In this document: positions 40,558 through 53,619 of the stretch, piece by piece
How the letters are laid out: each line of letters opens with the position of its first letter
Position numbering within the stretch: the stretch's first letter is position 1
From: Octopus sinensis
Lineage: Eukaryota
Direction: 5' to 3'
DNA: 64,000 nt
NCBI RefSeq assembly: GCF_006345805.1
Contig: NC_043010.1
Span: 36,766,001 to 36,830,000, forward strand
Position numbers and translations under genes: made by a program
Notes under the pieces: generated by a model
Database searches by the model: none
The model's input: only the letters and a program-made list of their open reading frames with translations
Told to the model about the DNA's origin: nothing

Positions 40558-41557
40558 AAGATACTTTTATTTTGGGATTGGCTATTGTTTCCTTTTCCTT
40601 TTATGCAAACTATTAAATTTAACCCAGAAAGCCTTGTATATCATTGTATATTCTCATCTAACATCTGTTTTCCATGCTGGCATGGGCTGGACTAGAAGAT
40701 TCTTAAGGCCCAAAATTTTGTGGAATTTGGACAGATTGACAAGAAACTGACAAGCCAAAGAACTGCGCCAAGCTCTACTGCCAGCTTTGACATGGTTTCT
40801 ACAGCTGGATGTCCTTCCTAACGACAACCACTTTACAGAGAGTACTAGATACTTTTTACATGGCACCAGCACTGACAGACTCACTAAGTAATTTACAAGA
40901 CAAAGACCAATCAACTAAAATGGAGAGGTGGCTTCATGTCTGATGATGAGAGATTAAACTATCACATCCACACACACACACACACACACATGAAGTTGAA
41001 GTCTCACTACTCGATCCCACCACTACTCAATAACTGAACAGATCTCACTTGCATTGAGTACTTAAAATGATTACATATATACAGATATGCAAATATAACT
41101 TCTTACAATTCATTTCTCTGGAGCTTATTCTAATCATAAACATCAAATATGAATCTAATTTACTCAACTGGAGTGACATATTGGCTTGTAGTTAACTGAT
41201 CATCAAAATTATCTGTGATCCTTGCATAATAAAGGATTAACTAATGCTGTTAGTAGGAAGCAACAATTGTTTAAAGCAATGTTTCCCAAACACTCTCAGG
41301 CAGCTGTCCCCTTGACACCCAGGCCACATTCCTACTGCCCTCACCCCAACTAACCATCGCAAACATAGACCTCTTTCTGAAGCAAATTGTATTTCATAAA
41401 TTAAACTTAAACCTAATGAACCCAAGGTTTTTCTTCTAAATCTGGTTTGTGTTAGTAAAATGTCTTTTCTTCGAGGATGATATGAATTAACATTGCGTTT
41501 TTTTTTAGCAAGATAAGGATGCTATTTCTTTGCTTCCAATTATATAACAATAATAAT

Positions 41558-41777
41558 CGTTTCTACTCTAGGCACAAGGGCTGAAATTTTGAGGAAGGGG
41601 GCCAGCCGATTAGATCAACCTCAGTACGCATCTGGTACCTAATTTATCAACCCCGAAAGGATGAAAGGCAAAGTTGATCTCGGCGGAATTTGAACTCAGA
41701 ACATAAAGACAGACGAAATACCACTAAGCATTTTGCCCAGTGTGCTAACGTTTCTGCCAGCTTGCCGCCTTTATAAA

Positions 41778-41808
<31 letters not shown>

Positions 41809-44030
41809 TCTACTGAAGGCACAAGGCCTGAAATTTGGGGGGGGGGGGACTAGTCAATTAAATCAACCCAGTATTTCACTACATCTTTGCCAAAGTAAAA
41901 CGTCCAACTTGATGTTACATGAGGTCTCCAGGTTAGACAAATAAAGCAACAATGTAAATAATATAATAATAATAATAATGGTGGTGGTAAATAACTGTAT
42001 ATCACGTCAACAATGACCTTGGAAATATGCCAAATCAGTTAGTCTCAGCTCTAAATTTAGTACCTACCAGAAGATGGTTTCCTAATAAAACAAATTCACC
42101 TAATACAACTACATATACACACACAAACACACATTATTTAAAGTTTAAAATGAAAAACATTCGATGACCAGTCTTCAAATACATGGGTTGACATGACTTT
42201 TGTACAGCTGCAACTTTTGTTATGTAATTCAGACTACAAAATGGCTTGCTGTCTACCATGTTAAGTTAATCAGATACCTTCTTCTCTCAACCTGTCACAC
42301 ACCTGCCATCTCATTAACACAAATTGTTCAAGTAGAGCAACGTAATACTGTTTCGCCAATTGTAAGTATACTCTATTCCTAGTAATGTTCAGTTTTTATG
42401 GATTCTGGAAAGATCAAAAACAAGGTGCCAACCACTATCTCTATTGTGAATGATCTAGACACATCCCTTAAAGGATGAAAGGTAGAGTTAGCCTCTGCAA
42501 AATTTGGGGAGGGAGCAAGAGAGTTATTCAATTACTTTGACACCCCACCCAGTACTTGATCCCTCAGGGAAACATAAAACAAAGTTTGACCTCAGCAAGA
42601 TTTGAACCTAGGATGTAAAATTTGGGAACACTACAAGACATTTTATCCAATTTTAGTGGGTATAAGGTGTTAGTTGATTACATCACCCCCAGTAATCAAC
42701 TGGTATTTGTTTTACTGGCCCTGGAAGCCATGAAAGGTAAAGTTAAACTTGAGAGAATTTGTACTCAGAACATAAAACTGGAAGAAATGCTAAAAGGTAT
42801 TTTGTCTGTCATGCTAACAATTCTGCCAGCTCACTGCTTTTGGATTTTAATTTAGGCATAAAAGGCCAGCAATTTGGTGAAGGGTAGTTTGATTGCACAG
42901 GCCCCAATGAGGTAAAAGGCATTATTGGCTTCAGTCAGATTTGATATCAGAACAGAAATTCAGAAGTAGCAAAAGGCAATCCCCCCCACCCCCTAATGCT
43001 ATAACTATGCAGCTTTAATAATAAGAAAAGTGATTTCAAATTTTAGCAAAAAGCCAGCAATTTTAGGGGGCTGGTGTTAGTCAATTACACTGACCAGAGA
43101 GCTGAATTGGTACTTTATTTTAATGATCCCTGAAAAGATGAAAGGCAGAGTTAGCCTCAGCAAGATTTGAACTCAGAACACAAAGACCCAGGTCAAATAC
43201 TGTAAAGCATGTTTCTACAGCACTAATGATTCTGTCAATAATAACAATCCATTTTACTATAGGCACAAGGACTGAAATTTGGGGTAGGGGAATAGTCGAT
43301 TACATCAACTCCAGTACTCAACTGGCACTTGATTTATTGACTCCAAAAGGATGAAAGGCAAAGTCAACCCTGGCGAAATTTGAACTCAGAATGTAAAGAC
43401 AGATGAAATATCGATAAGCATTTTGCCCAGCATGCTAACAATTCTGCCAGCTCACTGCCTTGATAATAATAACAATAATGGTCTCAAATTTTGTGTGAGG
43501 GATTGAGTTGATTACATCGACCCAGAGCTTAGCTGGTACTTATTTTAGCGACTTCGAAAGGTAAAGTCGACCTCAGCAGAACTTGAACTCAAAGTTTAGC
43601 GGTGGACAAAATGCTGCAAAGCACTTCACCCGGCACACTAACGACTGCCAGTTTTGCCACCTTCGTAATAATAATAATTTCTTTCATTATAAAAATAACT
43701 TCTGTCAGAGGTCACAAATCTGGGAGTGGGAGTGTAGTCAAGCAATTAAATTAAACTGACCTACATTTTTTTTTTATTGTACTGATTTTGCCAACTTGGG
43801 AGGAACGAGAGGCCAAAACTGACCATGGTGGGACTTTTTAAACCCAGAACATAAAGGGGCATAACTAAATTAAATATCACGGTACTGTGTCCCGGAATTC
43901 AACTGATTTCACCACTTACCAAGCCATTTTTCTGATAAAGATAAAAATAATTATTTCTAACATTGGCACGGGGCCCACAAAAGTTTCAGGGAAAGTTATA
44001 GTCAATTAGAGCAACGCAAGCAGTACTTTA
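41558..44030 (-). mobile_element. Cluster of ~10 SINE family B copies in minus orientation, mostly head-to-tail (dense array ~42400-44030)
   Basis: Repeated gaaaggatgaaaggcaaagt...gaatttgaactcagaa...ctgccagctcac units separated by (AAT)n. Confidence 0.85.
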
Positions 44031-45009
44031 TTTTATAATGATAATACTAATGGCGGTGGTGGTGGTGGTGGTGGGGACGATAATAACTAGGAAAATGATA
44101 ACAGTTTTATTGCAATATCTCCTTCATTATCTCAGTTCAGTTTTGAAGATAACAGATATGAGAATACAGCTAAAGAGGAGTGCTGTTGAACAAGTTCTTC
44201 TAACCAACAAAAAAATCTCTGGAAACTTCTCCCACCTACAACTACCTAATTCTCTCTCACTTTCTCTCTCCAATATAAATATATCTCCCTCTACAAAAAG
44301 ATGCTGCTTCAGGATTTTTTTAAAAATTCAGCCCCTCCTCTTCACTAAAATTCTCATGTTTGGCATTAAATCAAACTATTTTCTTGCTAAGTATCTAAGT
44401 TGGTATTTATTCAAAGCACTAGGAATTCTTCTGGGAAAGGAGGGATGGTGGAGGGGAAGGGGCAGAAACACTCGTGGGAGAATTAAAAGACCAAGACAAT
44501 ATCTAACTATGCCTGAGTGCATATGCATATGAATATATTTGTGCGTGTGTATGTGTATGCACACGCGCATGTGTCTGTGTGTGTAGATCACACTCCATCC
44601 ATCCAAATCTAGCATTGGCTGCTTTATACTTTTGCCCAGTTATTATGCTATAGTTCCAATGTTATTATGTAGACAGCAGCACAATTCCAGACATTAATTA
44701 TTACCTTGAATAGCTGCCACAGCTAATAGTGGTGATGACGGATGATAAAGAGAAGTGGGAGGAGGAGAAAGACATCGTTTCTGCTCAAAAACAATTGCCT
44801 AATATGAATTGCCTTATCATTCTTTCCATTCCATTCCTCTTCCTACTTCTTCCTCGCTCCACTATAATGATCGCAAAGATTCTTTTTTTTCTTTTCTCCT
44901 TGTCAGTAAATCCACAATGCAACAATTTCATGAAGAAATCAGTATTTTAGAATTAATCAAAAATGTAGAAGAAGAAGAAGAGTATATATTCATTTAACAA
45001 GGAATGTAG

Positions 45010-45300
45010 CTCGGAGATCAGGGCGTTTCTCCAGGTCAAGTCGCTACTTCTCAGCATCGAGAGGCCACAGCTCTGGTACAACAGCCATGTGATTAGAATG
45101 TTGCAAGAAAGAATCGCAAGATTGATTCTTCAAGCTGAGACAACCAACAGAACTCTTAAGAAAGAGCAGACCAAAAATGAGATGCTTTGGTAATATCCAT
45201 GGTCTTGGTTGGTCGTGCTAAGGAATCCAGCAGGCAAGCGTAACAATGGTTGCTTCTGGTAAGATTATATGTAGAAGGTGGCTGAGGACTCTATCCCTCC
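45010..45300 (+). mobile_element. RTE-clade LINE 3' fragment, same family as 33100-33280
   Basis: LQVKSLLLSIERPQLWYNSHVIRMLQERIARLILQA, then after frameshifts a stretch ending ggaatccagcag, as in the 33.2 kb copy. Confidence 0.75.
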
Positions 45301-47039
45301 TAGAAATAGTACATGTCAAAAAAGGATGGACACAACACTTTTGTTACCATATTTCTGTGGAAATATATTTCAGTTAGTTTTGAAAATATGATTTCTATAT
45401 AAAAAATCTGTCGTTATAAAATGGTATTTAGAACATAAATTAACATGAAATTTTAGTGGAACATGTAAATTTACATCACTTTAAAATAGGCAGTCTGCGA
45501 CAGGTCAGTATAAAAAGGGTTAACGTACAAAACACTGACATTGCGCCATACACTCACTAGTTCTGTACTGACTTTACACAGTTCACTGAAATTTGGTGGC
45601 ACTGATGACACAGGTGGTGATGACACTACTGCTGATTCAGCAAGCTTATGATCAGTGCTGTCCAGACTACTCCACACAAGAGACATACACATATTGAGGG
45701 CTACATTATTCAATACATTTGTTTTTCCTTTTTTAAAATAAGAGTGTGATTTTGAAGCTCTGGCTTTTCTTGGAGGCTTTACCATTCATGAATAGTATTT
45801 ATACTATTTAGCTAAATGTTGGGGTGTGTGATTTGAGGGAGATCTATTCCAAGGTCAGGCAACTCCATTGGCTGACAATTAACCCTTTTGATTCCAATCC
45901 ATGCATGACTGCCTTTGGTCCTATGATACAAACATCTTGGCTTAAAATGATCTAAATTAAAACCTCCCATCAAAATTTCATGTTGATTTATGTTCCAAAT
46001 ATCAGATTAATTGATGGCAGTTTTTTTGTTTTTTGTTTTTTTTTTTCCAAAATTCTTTATAACTTTAAATATTTTATTGAAACACAGAAACAGTAAAATG
46101 TCTGACAAAAATATGGTGAGAAAAGGATTAAGATGACACCAAAGAGGGGGCGAGATGGGTATCAATCTTCTATGTGCAAGGTACCAGCAAGTCAATGGAC
46201 ATGATTAGGACAATGCATCCGCAAGAACAACAGAATCACTTGTCACATTTAAGAAACACTAACTGAATAAATTAATTAGCAATTAATACTTATTTCTGAC
46301 AATTCAAATGTATCCTTCCACCCCCATCCCCATCAAAAAAATAAAACAATGTTGGCAAATATTTTTAATTCATATCTTAATTATTACATCAATGGATATG
46401 TGTTTTCATTCTCAGCAGTTTGTTATTTTCTTTCACTTCAATCAACAATTAATGATTAGAAACACAATAACCAAAAAACATTGTGTGTCGCAGATATTAA
46501 ACTATCTTTGCTGTTTTCTTAACCTCTCTCTCTAATCCTAAGAATTCTCTATGCAACAAGTCAGTGACAGTGGTGTTCTTATTTTATACATTTACAAAAC
46601 CAACAAACATACTATCTTTCTTGGTTGGTTGGTTGGTAGTTATTACATGTTAATTGGCCAATACATGACGATTCAAATACAAAGTCATTGACACTGATAA
46701 ATTATTTTTAGTTCACAAAAAGTTGTTTGTTGTTTCACTTCCGTTGACTGCTGATGATGAGAAAGACAAGGACACGAAAATCTGAAGTCCAGCTGCAATA
46801 TTGACTGTTTTAGATACTTTTCTCAATATTTATTTCTAATTTTTTGACTATCTGCAAAAGGTTATTGCCTTCAACAAATATTTGTAGTTATTATTATGCT
46901 TATAAGATCAACTAATATGTGTCCACCCACCTACCAACCAGCGATATGGACCACCATTTTCTGAAAAGCTGACTGATATACACTACCTTTGCAGTTAAAC
47001 TATACAGCAGCATAGACACATTCTCAAACTGTCTCTATA

Positions 47040-47093
<54 letters not shown>

Positions 47094-48270
47094 AGGAGAC
47101 AATACTTTCCATGGATGTTTTGAGTGACAAGGCAATTTACTTCTAATTTCTCTCAATCTGCTCCTCTCAGCCACCTACAAACACTTTGAAACCTTTTCCC
47201 CTGCTATCTTTACTCTTGTAATGCAGAAAAAATTTATGCCAGGCTACTGCACATCCTCTCCATATTTCAGTCCTTTGGTAGGTAACTAAAGCCCTTCCCC
47301 CTTGTACACACAAAAGTGAATTTCACAAGACCCATCATAAGGCTACCTATCTTGGAGTGAAGTAATTCTGAATATTAGTTGATACACAGTAGAGAGAACA
47401 CTTTAGATCTCACATCAGACAACCTATCTAGTACTAATGGCACTCTATAAAGTAGTTAAGAGTGGTGAGAAAAACCAACCACACAAATGCTGGCAAAAAC
47501 ATATTAAACAGATATGTAAACTCCAGAAATCATGTAACAGTAAGAATTGCAGCAGAATAGAGTGGATTCCTTACATTGTGAAAGCTTTCCTAGTGCTTAT
47601 GGCAGTCAAAAGTGTCTGGCATACACAGACATGTACAGCTGCAATGTTGCCTGGTTTTTCATTATTGCTGTGAGTGCGAGATGACACAGACCATGATGAC
47701 CCAACCCAACCTATACCAACATGGGAAAATGGATATGAAACGAGGAGGAGGATTGACTACTTTATTGGCACAGACCCATGCAGAGTAAACAAGAGTAAAC
47801 TTATGCCAGCCCAAATACACACACACAGACTGTAAAACTTTAAAAAAATGAATGGTGCAGAATTCAGTGATGTTTTCTCCACCGATTCATATATATCTTA
47901 AAGCACTTTTTATACAAGGAAGACAGTAAGCAGTCTTCTCTCCAACAATATAAAGATAACTGTGCACATCAAGAAAACAGTACATTACCTATGAATAACA
48001 TGCAAATAGATTTGCTCATAGTTACCACAAATACCACGCTTTGTTCTCACTGAGCATCTCTCCTGGCAAACATACACCTTCAAGGTAACCCAAACTGCTT
48101 TACGATGACTAATTTGGATCCAGAAAATAGTTAAAACCCCAACAAAAACTAACTCTCTACAAAACTCAGGCAAAATTAACAATGGAGTATTACTCTCTTC
48201 TCTTGGATGGTGCTGCTGTTATCACAGCACAGACATCCTAGGCTGCATTTCACTGAATACCATGAGATTA

Positions 48271-48435
48271 CCATATTTTAACATGTATTGGGTGACCCTT
48301 TTTTGTCAAAAATTAGGTTAAAAAAATATGGGAGTATCATATACATGGATAGTATTATGATCCCTTACAAAACCTTTTTTTCAAATTTTAAGCCCCCCCC
48401 CCATTAGGGGGTTCCTTATACACGTTAAAATATGG
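48271..48435. mobile_element. Tc1/mariner-superfamily (pogo/Tigger-like) MITE, 165 bp
   Basis: TA|CCATATTTTAACATGTAT ... ATACACGTTAAAATATGG|TA; TIRs match at 17 of 18 positions; TA TSD intact. Confidence 0.85.
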
Positions 48436-48954
48436 TACTCACCAATACTACTCTTCCAGCATTACATATTGCTAAGTTGAAAAATAATACTCAAATATAT
48501 GTATATGGTTTTAAGGCTGTTTTCCTGGGAAATTCAAACCCAGATTCAATAAAACTAAATGAGATACAAGCCTTTCTTTGCCCCCTACAGTGTAGGTTCC
48601 TTCCACATAGATCAGATGATGTTTCTTCACCTGAGCAGATTCTTCTCACATCCAGTTTCTCTCTCTATTTGTGCTCTGCCATTCATGCACACTAACATTA
48701 CACATCCAGTGAAGCATGCACACTCAGGTCAACATTGCTTTACACCCTTCTGAGGCTGATAAAATATGTGCCAGACAAAGAATTATGATGGAGGAGGGAT
48801 TGGGAGGCAAGGGTGACTTCCAATTCCTAAAAGTTGGTGCCACAAAATGGTTGGAGTTCAACAATTGCAACCAGGGGAAGAATAAAACAATGAAATATAA
48901 AGTCCCCAAAAAGGATTTTGTCGACACTGGAAGTACTTGAGATTTTTCATATGT

Positions 48955-49011
<57 letters not shown>

Positions 49012-50166
49012 AATGAAGGTGTGCATAATTAATACAAAACTTGCAAGAATTTTTTTAAATATTACTAATTCTAATTCTCATTTACTGGAGTTTGTTAAAT
49101 TAATATTTACAAATTAACAGCATTTAAAAAATAAAAAATTAAACAAATTATGATAGAATACACGGAATGGAATTGCAGTTTTAGGTTTTGCAATGTGTGT
49201 ATGAGCAAAGGTATATATATATATATATTATTAGGATAAATGGAAAAAATTCCTCTACTAAATTAATTTATTGCTGGCATAGCAATATTATGATATTTCT
49301 TTCACTTTTTATTTTCATTTTCTCACTTCTTTCTTTCTTAAAGGGAGAAAATTTACCTGAAGGCGGCTGGCCATGTTCATTGATAAATCACATCTTTTTA
49401 AGGATTTAGAATAATTAATTTTTCTTTCTTGTTTAGTTTTCTTCTATAAACCCTTTCACGATCACATTTCTAATGAAATACATTTCCTGTGTGTTTCAAT
49501 TAATTTTGAAGGATTTAGTGAAATAATTAGCCATTTTCAATATTGCTAAGAACATAAAAATGATCTTGTATAAATATATAAAACAAGTCTAAACTTATAT
49601 ATAAAATAACAAGTTCTGTTATTAAAGCCAGAGAGAGGCATATCAGACATGCTGCTATCAAAAAGATGCAACAATATTTTTACTAACAATATGGTCTTAT
49701 TTATTTACTAACAATAAATCACAGAGCAGCAATGCAAAATGGCTCTGTCATTTTTTATATTCATCTACCTTTCTTTATATTTTGTGTTATATTTTGAATA
49801 ATGATGCAACATGTTTGCACTGTTGCCAATTAGTACACCCACCTCCATCAGTCTCATCTGACAGCCAATACTACTTCTCTCATAGACAACTACAATAAGA
49901 GCACCACTAGCTTGAACATAATGAAAAATAGTAGTAACCCTTCTGGAATAAAAGAAAACTAACTAACCAACTATCACCATCTCCTACAATCACAAAGGCA
50001 GCCCCAATTTCCAGTTAAGTACCTACAGACTACTTCCACTTGTACAGTAACCTATTCCCTATAGTCACACTGAACACATTGTTGCTCAAGACAGAAGTTG
50101 TTCTGTTGCTCTTGGATAAGTATTCTACGTGGTAAAATCCTCCACTCCCTTTCTCCACCCATTTAA

Positions 50167-50395
50167 CCCTTTAGCATTCAGATTATTCTATCAAACATAA
50201 TGCCTATTGATTCCCATTGATTTGTATTAATCATGCATTATCTCATATCTTCAAGATCTTGATGGTGTAATTACTTAATGTAGAATAACATTGTAGGGTA
50301 GGTGTGAGAGCCTGGATCTTGTCAGTTTGAACATAAAACAGATTAACTATTTTGGCTGGATTTGGCCGGATATGGCTGGTTTAAATACTAATGGG
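50167..50395 (+). mobile_element. piggyBac-like MITE family 1, complete
   Basis: TTAA|CCCTTTAGCATT...AATACTAATGGG|TTAA. Confidence 0.85.
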
Positions 50396-50696
50396 TTAAC
50401 CGTATCAGAAATGGATCCTAGAAGATACAGATGCATTGCAGTGCAAGTTGCTCAATCATCAGGGGATGGAGCAAGGTTCCTGTCACATGGTGAATCATAA
50501 TACTCTCAACAACAAAAAAGAAAAAAAACTGAAAGTAAAAGATGGAGGGGAGGGGCAAGGATAGTCTGAATGTAAGAATTTTACCAATGGTCTCTTATGA
50601 GAGAATCTGAAATACGAACTATTCTGCATTGCAAGGCAGTGCGTCAATGGAAATTGAGTACATTTGCCCTAAAAGAAGGACACCATGCTCTACATA

Positions 50697-50855
50697 CAGG
50701 TGCAGGAGTGGCTGTGTGGTAAGAAACTTCCTTCCCAACCATATGGTCCTTGGTTCAGTCCCACTGCATGGCACCTTGGGCAAGTGTCTACTTCTATAGC
50801 CTCAGGCTGACCAAAGCCTTGTGAGTGGAACTGGTACATGGAAACTGGAAGGAAC

Positions 50856-50921
<66 letters not shown>

Positions 50922-51110
50922 TGTGTGTGTGTGTATATATATGTATGTGTGTGTGTGTTAACCCCCACCACAACCGCTTGACAACCAGTGACAGTATGTT
51001 TACATCCCCATAACTTAGCGGTTCAGCAAAAGAGACCAATACAACAAGTACTAGGCTTACAAAGAATAAGTCCTGGAGTCGATTTGTTTGACTAAAACAA
51101 GTAAAAGAAT
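50697..51110 (+). mobile_element. SINE family A, near full length
   Basis: ggagtggctgtgtggtaag (A box), ggttcagtccc (B box), ggcaccttgggcaagtg, (TA)n, tail. Confidence 0.85.
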
Positions 51111-51179
51111 AGGAACACTGTACTGTGTATGAAATGTAAACTGGGGGGAATCAAGAGATGCCATTTGATCACAGGCTGG

Positions 51180-51620
51180 TTGACAGAAGTAAAGGAACTT
51201 ATGTGAGGCAGATGCACAAGAATAGTCAGCAGCAGAAGCATCTATGAAATAAACTCTTTCAAATACCAGGACTACTGTTTGGAAATAGTTACTAGCTTTT
51301 ATTACCTAGGTGATCTAAATTAGCAGTGGAAGAGGATAATCCACAATTGCAGTAGCTAATGTTTCAACTGAGAGACAAAGTTCAGAGAGCAATTACTTCA
51401 GTGGGCAAGAATAGAGTTCTCTCATCAGGCAAAAGCCAAATTCTGCGATACTTATGTGGAACACAGAATGTTGTGTGGTAGTGTGAATGCAGTGGATGTT
51501 GTGTAATGTTAATCATGGATAAACAACAGAAGAAAAGAGCAGAGAAAATGACCGCATAAAAAGGACTCGGATGTAGCTTGCAAAGAGAGAAGACTGCACT
51601 GATAATGTTCATAATACATA
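51180..51620 (+). mobile_element. Decayed RTE LINE fragment
   Basis: Traces of WMxCNV...GLGCSLQ-RRLxW motifs, with frameshifts and stops. Confidence 0.5.
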
Positions 51621-52803
51621 TGTAGTATGACAGTTGGTTAAAACAGTAACAATCAATCCAAGTAGAAGGAAGCCGCAGAAGAGAAAGAACAAAGAACGTC
51701 AGAGAAGAATCAATGAAAGATGCTTTTCAGAAACACTAAACCTCATGAAAGGGATGACAAAGGATTATAACAACTGCTAAGATGCTGTGCTAGAGAAATC
51801 ATATCCACCTCCTTGCAAGCATTGAAACACAGACTTAAGATAGTGCTGGTGGTGTGGTAATTCAGGAAAGATGAAAGGATAATTCCTGGAAGGACCTGAA
51901 TTCTCAATATCAACAGGCAATATCGAAACGGTTAGCAATAAATTAGATACAATAAAACATCAACTAGCCAGAAGTTCTATGGATTTTGGGGGAATCTTTA
52001 TAAAATTATTCCTTGCCTTTTGTGAACAATAATGTCATGGGTTATAAAGTTCCAACAGGCCAACTACTGGTTCACTACATTTATGTCACGTCAAAAATGC
52101 CTTATAACTCATATTTATTTATATATATTATATGTGTGTGTGGTTGCAGAAGATAAAAAACATTTAAAGATGTCTGTGTGGAAGTGTATACATACATGCT
52201 CTCAACTTATTTTCACACACACACAACACCATCCTAGGAGGGCTTGTGGTGGTCATAAGTACAGCCATTCTCCACCCACAAATAAGCCATTAAAAAATAT
52301 TTGCATTTAAAAAAAAAAAACAACTTGTTCTTGGTCTGTTTATGATGAGTTTCCCCAGTATGTATGTATAAAACACACACACACACACACATACATACAT
52401 AAACATGCATGCACGCACGTATCTATAGAGCATTTATAAAGATCCTAGAGTATGAATGAAAGAGTGTGCATCAAAATTAGAAGCATGCATCATTCTACCA
52501 CATCAATGCAGAATTTTTATGCTCTGGATTCAAAGACCAGATTAAAAACAAAAAAGAAAAACAAGAGAGAGTGAAAACAGACATATCAAACCCACTCAAC
52601 AATGGTAATAATAATAATAACTAGAATGATCTAAGCAAGCTGAATTAGTTGATAAATGATGAGAGCTAGAAGAGGGTGTAAGGAGAAAAACAAATTCAAT
52701 CAAGCTATCAACTACGTCCCCTAACCCATCTCTTCTTTCTACTAGTAAGCTACCATTGGTCAGTTTTAGAAAAATTCTGTTATTTGTAGGTAAACCTTCT
52801 TAC

Positions 52804-52843
52804 CTGGCTTGTCAAAACGAGCTCGTTTATTGCCGGGATCCAT
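52804..52843 (-). CDS. CtBP: CtBP first coding exon: MDPGNKRARFDKP + phase-1 G, containing a KRAR NLS-like motif
   Basis: ATG at 52843-52841 with an in-frame TGA six codons upstream; donor CAG|GTAAGA; phase 1 matches all downstream exons; locally GC/CpG-rich. KRAR parallels KRQR of vertebrate CtBP2 and KRSR of Drosophila CtBP. Confidence 0.85.
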
Positions 52844-52859
52844 GTGCAGCAGCTTTGTT

Positions 52860-53040
52860 CAGGTGTGGAGGGGGCCTTGTCGCTCGCTCCAGCACCACAC
52901 CACACCACCTCCAAAATATATAGTCCACCGCAGTTTTCACTTAAATCCACTCCAAGGATGCAAGACACCCTCAATCAATGATCTACCAGATTGGTTATGT
53001 GTTCAAAATTGATCAGGTGAATTCTTTTTCTCAGGTGATT
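52860..53040 (-). promoter_or_regulatory. Putative promoter/5' UTR of the NLS-containing CtBP transcript
   Basis: On the minus strand: CCAAT at 52994-52990 and a TATA-like TATATAT near 52923-52916, ~75 nt upstream of the ATG. No convincing splice acceptor upstream of the exon. Three CAGGTG E-boxes (52860, 53014, 53032). Confidence 0.45.
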
Positions 53041-53250
53041 AGTTCTTCTTTGGGTTTTAATTGTTATTTTCTTATTTTGAGTAAAAACAGATCTTTAAAA
53101 TTCTGTAATGACAAGAGAAAGAAAGGGAGAATAATATTAGCTTCAAAATTCTTTTTTTTTTTTTTTAAGAACAACATTTGATAAAAAGGGGAAAAAAAAC
53201 TTTTACAAGTATTAGCAACAAAAAATATATATACAAACATACACATAACA

Positions 53251-53610
53251 CAGGTGCAGGAGTGGCTGTGTGGTAAGTAGTTTGCTTACCAACTACATGG
53301 TTCCGGGTTCAGTCCCACTGCATGGCACCTTGGGCAACTGTCTTCTACTATAGCTTCGGGCTGACCAAAGCCTTGTGAGTGGATATGGTAGACGGAAACT
53401 GAAAGAAGCCCATCATATACATGTTTGTCCCCACTCCCATCATCACTTCACAACCGATCTTCATGTAGTTATGTCCCCATAACTTAGTGGTTTGACAAAA
53501 AGATACCGATAGAATAGGTACTAGGCTTACAAAGAATAAGTTTGACGAAAGGTGGTGCTCCAGCATGGCCACAGTCAAATGACTGAAACATATAAAAAGA
53601 GTAAAAGAGT
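53251..53610 (+). mobile_element. SINE family A, full length
   Basis: Close to the family consensus from head to tail. Confidence 0.9.
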
Positions 53611-53619
53611 ATATATATC

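Noticed and set aside
42068-42081. 14-nt candidate exon with a GTAGGT donor; also a 13-nt candidate at 28102-28114 and a 25-nt one near 18553-18577
   Set aside because: Not multiples of three, so they would frameshift the phase-1 chain; no other support.
44705-44798. Open frame AIVFEQKRCLSPPPTSLYHPSSPLLAVAAIQ ending AAG|GTAATA
   Set aside because: Upstream sequence is purine-rich (no acceptor), there is an in-frame stop and no ATG, and the sequence is low complexity.
50697-50780. tRNA-like A/B boxes in many repeats
   Set aside because: These are SINE heads continuing into SINE bodies, without a complete cloverleaf; not tRNA genes.
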